Source of the DNA: a virus
Length of the DNA stretch: 39,421 nucleotides
Direction: 5' to 3' (one strand)
IMG/VR virus record: IMGVR_UViG_3300026991_000009
Coordinates: 1-39,421 of that record
The position numbers were made by a program, and so were the translations under genes. The number at the start of each line of letters is the position of its first letter. Within the stretch, counting starts at the first letter, position 1. The notes below the pieces were generated by a model. It saw only the letters and a program-made list of their open reading frames with translations. It did no database searches and was not told the DNA's origin. This document shows positions 1 to 7,318 of this stretch, piece by piece.

Positions 1-519
1 ATGACTGACGACGAGTCCGGACCCCGAACGGAGGACGTCCTCCAGGTCGCCCGGCGAGCGCTCGCGAAGACGAACGACCTCGAGGACGACGTCGCCGAGC
101 TGCAGGCAGATCGCGAGGACCTCCGGGACAAGCTTACCGCCGTGCAACTCCGCCTCTCCGAGATCGACGAGGAGCGCGACTACTCCGCGCTCACGCTCGA
201 CGAGAAGATCGGGAAGGTCCGGGAGCACGCGTTCAACAGAGCCACGGAGGGGCACGGAAAGGCCACGCTCGACTACAACGCTATCCAGTGGGAGGTCTTC
301 GACGGCGAGCCCGGGCCGAACCACTGCTACAAGCTCCTGCGGCTGGCAGCCGGTCTGACCGACGCTGACGAGAAGCGGCCCACCGGCGGCGAGATCCCCG
401 GGTTCCAGTGCCGCGACCCGGACGGAGACAACTACCACCTCGCCGTCGATGCCGAGCGAGCAAAACGAGGCGCGGCGTTTTATCCTGGGAATAAAACGGC
501 CCAGGAGGGGGCCCGCTGA
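1..519 (+). CDS. Hypothetical protein, N-terminal coiled coil; possible replication-associated DNA-binding protein
   Basis: 172-aa acidic ORF with heptad-like N-terminus (LAKTNDLEDDVAELQADREDLRDKL), immediately upstream of mcm. Confidence 0.75.
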   Translation: MTDDESGPRTEDVLQVARRALAKTNDLEDDVAELQADREDLRDKLTAVQLRLSEIDEERDYSALTLDEKIGKVREHAFNRATEGHGKATLDYNAIQWEVFDGEPGPNHCYKLLRLAAGLTDADEKRPTGGEIPGFQCRDPDGDNYHLAVDAERAKRGAAFYPGNKTAQEGAR

Positions 520-694
520 ACATGGCCCGATACGACCGCGGCATTCCACCTCCAGTTGTACTCGTTGTAAGTTACGTTGTAGTGTAGTTTGTACAAACGG
601 ACGGATAGCCTGGGGTCCGTCGACCAACGCGTCGCCACGCGTCGTTGTTGGTCGTCGATAAGGCCGATTTCGGCTTTATTCCCAGGAAAAAGCG
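476..694. promoter_or_regulatory. Candidate replication origin: 20-bp inverted repeats flanking an AT-rich tract
   Basis: 476-495 cgttttatcctgggaataaa vs reverse complement of 675-694 (18/20; 13-bp perfect core); gttgta iterations 555-581; palindrome gtttgtacaaac 587-598. Confidence 0.5.
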
Positions 695-702
695 AACCCA
701 CG

Positions 703-2787
703 ATGGACGGAACACAAGCCACCACCGAACTCACGGACGCCGTACTCGAACTGTACCGCAACTACTACCGAGAGGAGATCGGGCAACTCGCCAACCGCTA
801 CCCGTCGGAGCAGCGCTCCCTGGAGGTCGACTGGTCGGACCTCTACAGCAAGGACCCAGACCTGGCGGACGACCTCCTCGAACACCCAGGCCAGATCATC
901 GACGTCCTCGAGGAAGCGCTGCGCCTCTACGACAAGCCCATCGACCGCGAGCTCGCGAACGCTCACGTACGCGTCTACAACCTCCCGGACGAACACACCT
1001 ACTTCCCGACTGAGTTCTCCCCGACGGAGGAGGCTGGCGGCTACCGGACCATCCGGGGCGACGTCCTGGTCTCGACGGAGACGTACTCGAAGATCGAGGT
1101 CGCCGCGTTCGAGTGTGACCGTTGCGGCACCCTCACCCGGATCCCACAGGCCGACGGGGACTTTCAGGAACCGCACGAGTGCCAGGGGTGCGAACGACAG
1201 GGCCCCTTCACCGTCAATCACGACCAGTCGGAGATGGTCGACGGCGAGACCATCCAGCTGCAGACGCCGCCGGAGGTCGCTGGCGGCGCCGGTCGGACCC
1301 TACAAGTGTTCGTCGAGGACGACGCGACGGACAAGGTGGAGATGGGCGACCGCATCGCCGTCTCGGGCGTCCTCCACCTCAACCAGAAGACGAAGGGGCG
1401 CAACCAGAAGACGGGGCAGTTCGAGCCCTACCTCGATGGGCACCACATCCAGATAGAGGAAGCGACGCAGGCGAACATGGAGATCGACGCCGACGTCCGC
1501 TCCGAAGTCGAAGCGCTCGCGAACGGCGAGAAGGGCGACCCGCTGACCGTCGCCGCAGACTCACTCCACACGGGCGTGTACGGCTACGAAACGGAGAAGC
1601 GGGCGCTCATCCTGGCCATCATCGGCGGCGCGACGAACACGCCGGACGTCCGCGGGAAGTTTCACGTGCTTTTCATCGGCGACCCGTCGACCGGAAAGTC
1701 CCAGCTCATCAACCGCGTCAACGAGATCGCCGCCCGGTCCATCTCGGTGAGTGGCCAGCAGTCTTCGTCGGCGGGCCTCGTCTCAACCGCCACCCAGGGC
1801 GAGTTCTCCGACGGTCGGTGGACGCTCTCGCCGGGTGCGTTCGTCAAGGCGAACGAGGGCGTCGTCACCATCGACGAGCTCGACGACATGGACCCGGACC
1901 ACCGGAGTTCCATGCTCGAACCGATGGCGAACCAGAAGGTCAGCGTCTCGAAGGCGGGCATCAACGCCACGCTGTCGACGAAGACGGCGGTCCTCGCAGC
2001 GGCAAACCCCAAGGGCTCCCGGTTCGACCCCTTCGACGCCCTGGCGGAACAGTTCGGGTTCGCGTCGAACCTCATCAGCCGGTTCGACCTGGTGTTCACG
2101 TTCCGCGACCAGCCCGACCAGGAGGACGACGCGGACATCGGCAACCACGTCACGCAGTACCGGGACGCGAAGATTCGGGCCGAACGCGGCGAGGAGATCC
2201 CCGAGGAACAGCAGGAAGTCGTCGACCAACCCGTTCCCGACGACACGCTGCGCATCTGGCTCGCCCTGGCCAACCAGCAACCGGACCCCGTGTACGAGAG
2301 TGACGAGGTCCGCCAGCAGCTGGTCGACAGCTTTGTCACGCTGCGCGGGGCGAACGGCTACGCCGAAGACACGGAAGTCCCGGTGACGTTCCGGAAGCTC
2401 CCCGGCGTCGAGCGCATTGCCCGGGCCCACGCCAAGCTGGAGTTCTCGCCGGTCATCACCCAGCGCCACGCCGACCAGGCGATGGACATGGTCGGACAGT
2501 CCATGCAGGACTACCAGAAGACGGAGGACGGCAAGTTCGACGCGGACATCGCGGAGACAGGGTCGTCGAAGTCCCAGAAGAAACGGGCAGAACTCATTGA
2601 GGGCGCCATCAAAGACCTCCAGTCCGCCTCCGACGAGGACATGGCGAAGGTGGACAAGGTCATCGCCGAACTGGACGGCGACGTCGACGCCGATCGCGTC
2701 GAGGACCACATCCAGAAACTCATGCACAGGAAGGGCGAGGCAATCGAGCCCCGAACGGGCTACGTCCGCTACCTGGGGGAGTGGTGA
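703..2787 (+). CDS. mcm: MCM replicative helicase (likely start ATG 703, MDGTQATT)
   Basis: Zn finger CDRC...CQGC, Walker A GDPSTGKSQL, Walker B IDELDDM, arginine finger SRFD, C-terminal winged-helix-like region. Confidence 0.97.
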   Translation: MDGTQATTELTDAVLELYRNYYREEIGQLANRYPSEQRSLEVDWSDLYSKDPDLADDLLEHPGQIIDVLEEALRLYDKPIDRELANAHVRVYNLPDEHTYFPTEFSPTEEAGGYRTIRGDVLVSTETYSKIEVAAFECDRCGTLTRIPQADGDFQEPHECQGCERQGPFTVNHDQSEMVDGETIQLQTPPEVAGGAGRTLQVFVEDDATDKVEMGDRIAVSGVLHLNQKTKGRNQKTGQFEPYLDGHHIQIEEATQANMEIDADVRSEVEALANGEKGDPLTVAADSLHTGVYGYETEKRALILAIIGGATNTPDVRGKFHVLFIGDPSTGKSQLINRVNEIAARSISVSGQQSSSAGLVSTATQGEFSDGRWTLSPGAFVKANEGVVTIDELDDMDPDHRSSMLEPMANQKVSVSKAGINATLSTKTAVLAAANPKGSRFDPFDALAEQFGFASNLISRFDLVFTFRDQPDQEDDADIGNHVTQYRDAKIRAERGEEIPEEQQEVVDQPVPDDTLRIWLALANQQPDPVYESDEVRQQLVDSFVTLRGANGYAEDTEVPVTFRKLPGVERIARAHAKLEFSPVITQRHADQAMDMVGQSMQDYQKTEDGKFDADIAETGSSKSQKKRAELIEGAIKDLQSASDEDMAKVDKVIAELDGDVDADRVEDHIQKLMHRKGEAIEPRTGYVRYLGEW

Positions 2788-2806
2788 ACCCCTGCCCCAC
2801 CCCCTC

Positions 2807-2822
2807 ACCGAAAACGTTAAGC
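2807..2822 (+). promoter_or_regulatory. Putative BRE/TATA promoter for the late operon
   Basis: accgaaaac followed by gttaag in the intergenic region after mcm. Confidence 0.4.
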
Positions 2823-2937
2823 CACTAGAACATGATACGTTCACATACGCACCGGGCGCTCACCAGAAACGGTCCTGAGGCCGAGCTGACGCGACGACGC
2901 CCAGGGTCGAGCCACCAGGCTCATTTTACTTGTTCAA

Positions 2938-3438
2938 ATGTCACAGGCAGTTAACACATCCAGCGGCAGCGACGCGAGTCCAGCCCGCCAGGGAGACGGC
3001 AGTCTCTCGCTGAAGGCAGCGCTGGAGTGGTTCGAGGAGCACGTCTGGCACACGCACCAAATCTGCTCGAACTGCTTCGCCCGGCTCAAACACTCCCAGG
3101 AAGTCCAGCGGGACGCGTGGGGGCACACCGAAACGGACTCCTGGAGAAGCGAGACCGCGACGCTGGAGCACGGCCACGACCCACTCCCAGACCCGCCGAA
3201 GACGACCTGCGAAGAGTGCGGGTCGATGCGCGGGCTCAAGCAGTACGACACGCTGTCAAAGGGGCAGGCCGTCGACCGCGTCCCCGAGCTGGTCGACCGC
3301 GTCCAGGAGGCGGGCTTCCTCGTCGACGTCGGGACCGTGTACGGCGTCGTTCGCGAGTACAAGCGCTCGGAGGACCACGCCAGCAACGACAAGGAGATCT
3401 TCGCCGTCGCGACCGCGCTCGGAGTCGAGAAAGCATGA
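2938..3438 (+). CDS. Hypothetical Zn-binding protein
   Basis: HQICSNC and CEECG motifs; ATGA coupling to the next gene. Confidence 0.75.
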   Translation: MSQAVNTSSGSDASPARQGDGSLSLKAALEWFEEHVWHTHQICSNCFARLKHSQEVQRDAWGHTETDSWRSETATLEHGHDPLPDPPKTTCEECGSMRGLKQYDTLSKGQAVDRVPELVDRVQEAGFLVDVGTVYGVVREYKRSEDHASNDKEIFAVATALGVEKA

Positions 3439-3692
3439 GCACGCACTCCGCCGACGTTTCGAGAGACCCCTCGGAGTACCGTCTCTCCATCCACGCCCAG
3501 CAACGTCGGCGGGAGCGCGACATCGAGTGTTCGGAGATCGCTGAGGCGATTCGAGGTGGGGAGGTTCGCAACACCGACGACGTCGACCTCCGCCACTTCG
3601 TCTACGAACTCCCAGACGCGGACGTCCCGGTCTACGCTGCGGCGGACGTCACGTCGGGCGAGATCGTCACCGTCGGCTGGAAGGACCAGTAA
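3435..3692 (+). CDS. DUF4258-like (RelE/BrnT-like fold) small protein, 85 aa
   Basis: LSIHAQQRRRERDIECSEIAEAIRGGEV matches the HAxxRxxERxI pattern; ends with IVTVGW. Confidence 0.7.
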   Translation: MSTHSADVSRDPSEYRLSIHAQQRRRERDIECSEIAEAIRGGEVRNTDDVDLRHFVYELPDADVPVYAAADVTSGEIVTVGWKDQ

Positions 3693-3693
3693 C

Positions 3694-3732
3694 GCAGACC
3701 CCGATGACCCCGACGCGAGGGTGAGGGTCTGC
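3694..3732 (+). other. GC-rich stem-loop directly after a stop codon
   Basis: gcagaccc (3694-3701) pairs with gggtctgc (3725-3732); inner accc/gggt stem. Confidence 0.55.
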
Positions 3733-3832
3733 ATCGTCGCACGAAGCGGGCATCTACCATCGCCGACGCGGTCCAGTTGCATACGTTCTGGCCTACATCG
3801 CTTTCCGTCAGTTCCCGTTGCGCCCGCTATCT

Positions 3833-3926
3833 GCCGGCCACTGGGAGCGACCACGGGGCTACAAGCCCGGGGACAACCCGGGACGCCACGTGGCCGTGCC
3901 AGGGTTCGATTCTCCTGAGGCCGGCC
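3833..3926 (+). tRNA. tRNA-like element (atypical or degenerate; possible ACA anticodon loop)
   Basis: Perfect 7-bp acceptor gccggcc/ggccggc; short D-like stem tgg/cca; CU-ACA-AG loop 3859-3865; long variable region; T loop GGTTCGATTC 3903-3912 on a bulged stem. Confidence 0.45.
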
Positions 3927-3933
3927 TTTAAAC

Positions 3934-4401
3934 ATGAGATACTCCAGAGAAGACTGTATCGAGGCCCTTCGGAAGGCAGCCGAAGAGTATGGACCGGACC
4001 TCACGGTAACGCAGTACCGAGAAAGCGGCTTCTGTCCGAGTGACCGGACCATCCTGAACAGGTTCGGAACTTGGAATGAAGCAAAGGAGGCTGCCGAGCT
4101 CGACGCTACTCGCGTTGGTCTCACGCTGGACAACAAGTACGGCCCAGCGGGATATAGGACCACACCGGACGGCTACTGCAGCTGGCAGTTCCAGGAGTTC
4201 GGCGACTGGGCTGCCGTGAAAGTCCACCGGCTACTCGCAGTTTCCGAGTTCGGGTTCGATGCAGTAACCGACAAGGTGGTCCACCACAAGAACGACATCC
4301 CCTGGGACAACAGACCTGAGAACCTCGAACCGATGGGGCGTGCCGAACACACGGCCCACCATCGCGAACAACAGGAAGCGCGGCGCGCATCTACCTCGTG
4401 A
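3934..4401 (+). CDS. HNH homing endonuclease with N-terminal homing-endonuclease-associated repeat
   Basis: YSREDCIEALRKAAEEYG...FGTWNEAKEAA repeat plus VHRLLAV...VHHKNDIPWDNRPENL...EHTAHH. Confidence 0.92.
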   Translation: MRYSREDCIEALRKAAEEYGPDLTVTQYRESGFCPSDRTILNRFGTWNEAKEAAELDATRVGLTLDNKYGPAGYRTTPDGYCSWQFQEFGDWAAVKVHRLLAVSEFGFDAVTDKVVHHKNDIPWDNRPENLEPMGRAEHTAHHREQQEARRASTS

Positions 4402-4434
4402 TTGGCACTATCAGGTTCGACTCCTGAACGAGGC
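4394..4434 (+). ncRNA. tRNA-like T-arm/acceptor minihelix downstream of HNH
   Basis: Perfect T arm tcagg-ttcgact-cctga (4411-4427); acgagg (4428-4433) can pair with cctcgt (4394-4399). Confidence 0.4.
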
Positions 4435-4605
4435 CTCCCCTCGCCGGCGGCTTGCCTACCCGTCGTCGAGGGCGCCACGTAGTCGGTCACCCACCCCCCG
4501 ACCGACACGTAGCTTCCACCACACGCTCCTTTTCCGTACCAGTCGCCAGCAGTACACGCTCGGGCGCAACCCCCGGGGGCGACCATCGAGCAACAGCATG
4601 GCACC

Positions 4606-4869
4606 ATGTCAACGACCAATACCACCCTTCTCGACGAGATCGCGGAGTACAACGACTCGCTCGACGACTGCCTGAGAGGCCGATTCGGGATGACGCTCAA
4701 GACCTTCAAGACCATCAAGGCGACAGCCCAGCTCGTCGGCGCCGGTGCCGGTGTATACGCAATGTCACTCGGCGCCCCACCGCTGGCGACGTTCGCCCTG
4801 ATGGCCATCATCATCTCCGGGCCCGAAGCCATCGAGTATCTGATCAACGACGGCGACCCCCACCGATGA
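4606..4869 (+). CDS. Small membrane protein (holin-like candidate)
   Basis: 87 aa; hydrophobic stretches LVGAGAGVYAMSLG and LATFALMAIIISG. Confidence 0.75.
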   Translation: MSTTNTTLLDEIAEYNDSLDDCLRGRFGMTLKTFKTIKATAQLVGAGAGVYAMSLGAPPLATFALMAIIISGPEAIEYLINDGDPHR

Positions 4870-5162
4870 ACGTCCCCAACGCCGGCGAGTTCATGGACGA
4901 CCACGAGGAGCAACACGCCGTCGGCGCCGGGCTCGCACTCGGCTTCGGTGCCGTCGTCGCCGGCGAGTACGGCGCGCTCGCCATCCTCCCCGCACTCGTT
5001 CAGCAGGCACTCGAACGCAAGCGACGTCCCAAGGCGTCCGCCACGCAGGACCTCGCGAACGACATCCGCCGTGAGGTCCACTACTTCGTCGCGGCGGCCG
5101 TCGTCGGTGGCCTCCTCGGCGCCGTCGTGCTGGTCGCGACCGGCGGAACGCTCCCTCTGTAG
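4866..5162 (+). CDS. Two-TM membrane protein (holin-like candidate)
   Basis: 98 aa from ATG 4866 (ATGA overlap); two hydrophobic segments around a basic loop (ERKRRPK). Confidence 0.75.
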   Translation: MNVPNAGEFMDDHEEQHAVGAGLALGFGAVVAGEYGALAILPALVQQALERKRRPKASATQDLANDIRREVHYFVAAAVVGGLLGAVVLVATGGTLPL

Positions 5163-5164
5163 TC

Positions 5165-5341
5165 ATGACCGCCGAGCATCCCGAAGACTGGACGCCCGCC
5201 CGGGGCGCGTTCACACAGGAGGCGCTGGAGATCGCCCTCGACGGCCTGGAGGACGAGGCGGACGAGTACGATGGAGAGTTCGCGGCGGGGATACGCTACG
5301 CGGAGCAGTACATCGCGGAGGCACTACAGACCGATGAGTGA
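5165..5341 (+). CDS. Small acidic protein, 58 aa
   Basis: MTAEHPEDWTPARGAFTQEALEIALDGLEDE...; native codon usage; fills gap in operon. Confidence 0.6.
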   Translation: MTAEHPEDWTPARGAFTQEALEIALDGLEDEADEYDGEFAAGIRYAEQYIAEALQTDE

Positions 5342-5471
5342 GTTCGTGACCGAGGACGGCGTCCCCACCAGCGGGATCTGCAACGCCTGCCAGACGCCCG
5401 GTGCCGATGCCCGGCTGGCTGATGGCGAGCTCTACCACATCGACTGCGCCCCGGAGGAACTACTGGGATGA
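5334..5471 (+). CDS. Zn-finger microprotein, 45 aa
   Basis: CNAC...HIDC motif; ATGA coupling to terS. Confidence 0.6.
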   Translation: MSEFVTEDGVPTSGICNACQTPGADARLADGELYHIDCAPEELLG

Positions 5472-5983
5472 GCGACGATATCTGCGGCGCCGACACCACG
5501 GGAGAGGAGCCGTGCCAGAACCCGGCCGGCGAGAACGGCCGGTGCTGGATACCTTCCCACAACGACGCCGGCGCGGAGAATCCCGCCGGGCGTCCGTCGA
5601 AGTTCAACGACCAGCGCGCCCTGGACGCCATCGAGGCTGCCCGGGAAGGCCTGAGCAAGGCTGGGTGTGGTCGTGCCGCAGGTGTCGCCGACGGTACCAT
5701 CCAGAACTGGCTCGACGCCAACCCGACGTTCACCGACGAAGAGGGTGAGGAGCGAGAATTTTTCCGTGCCTTCATGCGCGCGCGTCGGGTCGGCGAGACG
5801 AACCTCGTCCAGGGCGGGCTCTACGACGAGGATACGGACTCGTCGATGGCGAAGTTCCTGCTGGCCTCGTCGTTCGACTACAAGAAGACCGAGCAGCGGG
5901 AGGTGACCGGCGAGGGCGGCGGGCCCGTCCAGGTCGACGTCAACGAGACGATCGTCGAGACGCCCCACTCCGAGGAGGACTGA
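5468..5983 (+). CDS. terS: Terminase small subunit
   Basis: Cys/His N-terminus, GRPSKF then HTH (GLSKAGCGRAAGVADGTIQNWL); directly upstream of terL. Confidence 0.85.
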   Translation: MSDDICGADTTGEEPCQNPAGENGRCWIPSHNDAGAENPAGRPSKFNDQRALDAIEAAREGLSKAGCGRAAGVADGTIQNWLDANPTFTDEEGEEREFFRAFMRARRVGETNLVQGGLYDEDTDSSMAKFLLASSFDYKKTEQREVTGEGGGPVQVDVNETIVETPHSEED

Positions 5984-5986
5984 CCC

Positions 5987-7318
5987 ATGAGCACCGACAC
6001 CGTCACCGTCGACTGGAAGTGGACGGACTACCAGGCGAAGGTCCGGGACGCCCTCGAGGCGGCCGAGCACGACCTCGTCGTGTTCCGGACGGGCTACGGT
6101 GGCGGGAAGTCCATCACGGGAGCGCAGTGGATCCACCGCGGCGCCCTGCAGCTGGACCACGGCGAGAGCCTGGTCATGGCGCAGGACTTCCAGAAGGGGC
6201 GAGGGACTACGTTCAAGGTCTACTGGGAGACGCTCCCCGGCGAGAACACCGTCCCCGACGATGCCGAGGGCGATCCCGAGAACTCGCCTATCATCGCTGG
6301 CTACAACGCCAACGAGAATCGGGTCACGTACATCACCGGGCACAAGGTCCGCCTCGGGAGCGCGGACAAGTGGAACCGGTACGCCGGTGGTGAGTTCCAC
6401 CGCATCTGGTGTGACGAGGTCGCTCACTACGACAACACGGACCTTTACCGGCTCCACGAGATGCTCGTCACTCGCCAGCGGACGGCGGCGGGCCCCAACA
6501 CCACGCTCTGGACGTCGACCGGCAACGGCTACAACCAGTTCTACGATGTCACCGAGCGCCAGGTCAACAAGGACGACGAGCCACTCCCGTGGGCGGACTC
6601 CATGAAGGTCATCGTCGCGTCGACGGAGCACAACACGCTCCTCCCCGAGGACGGCCTGGAGAAGATCAAGAACCAGTTTCAGGGCACCGCTCGCGAAGAG
6701 CAGGGCCTCCACGGTGGCTTCGCCGCTGCGGAGGGGCTCGTCTACGACGATTTCAACCGCAACATGCACGTCGTCCAGGCGGAGGACGTCGCCGACCGGC
6801 TCGTCGAGGGCCACGCCATCTACGGCTACGACGCCGGGTGGGACGACCCGCGCGTGGTTGTCGAGATCCGTCGCACCCACGCCGACCAGTACGTCGTCTG
6901 GGACCTCTTCTACGAGTCCGAGTCCCGGCTGGCCGAGCTGGTCGACCCCGACGACGTCCTCGACGACCCGGCGTGGATGGACGGCCGGCCCGAGGGCTAC
7001 GTCTACTGCGAGCACGAGCCTGCCCACATCCAGCAATTTCGGCAGGCAGGCTGGCCGGCGGTGAAGGCGGAGAAGAGCCTCGACGGTGGCATCGACCACG
7101 TCCGCGACCGGCTGGCGACGGACGGCGAGGGCCGGCCGGGCCTGCTCGTGACCGAGCGCTGTTCCGACCTCATCCAGGAGTTCCTCTCCTACAAGGAGGA
7201 GCACGTCGGGAAGGCCGCGGCGAAGGACCACGCCCTGGACGCCCTTCGCTACGCGCTGTTCACGCACACGCCGGCGCCTGACCAGGACGACGACTCGACG
7301 GGAGTGAGCTACATATGA
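5987..7318 (+). CDS. terL: Terminase large subunit
   Basis: Walker A GYGGGKS, Walker B WCDEVAH, nuclease motifs GYDAGWDDP and DHALDALRY. Confidence 0.96.
   Translation: MSTDTVTVDWKWTDYQAKVRDALEAAEHDLVVFRTGYGGGKSITGAQWIHRGALQLDHGESLVMAQDFQKGRGTTFKVYWETLPGENTVPDDAEGDPENSPIIAGYNANENRVTYITGHKVRLGSADKWNRYAGGEFHRIWCDEVAHYDNTDLYRLHEMLVTRQRTAAGPNTTLWTSTGNGYNQFYDVTERQVNKDDEPLPWADSMKVIVASTEHNTLLPEDGLEKIKNQFQGTAREEQGLHGGFAAAEGLVYDDFNRNMHVVQAEDVADRLVEGHAIYGYDAGWDDPRVVVEIRRTHADQYVVWDLFYESESRLAELVDPDDVLDDPAWMDGRPEGYVYCEHEPAHIQQFRQAGWPAVKAEKSLDGGIDHVRDRLATDGEGRPGLLVTERCSDLIQEFLSYKEEHVGKAAAKDHALDALRYALFTHTPAPDQDDDSTGVSYI

Noticed and set aside
589-702. N-terminal extension of MCM from 589
   Set aside because: Non-ATG start, non-acidic sequence overlapping the inverted-repeat region; ATG 703 fits better
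3890-4415. Bulge-helix-bulge or group I/II intron around the HNH gene
   Set aside because: Could not form a 3-4-3 BHB from the flanks; no group I P7 or group II domain V motifs seen
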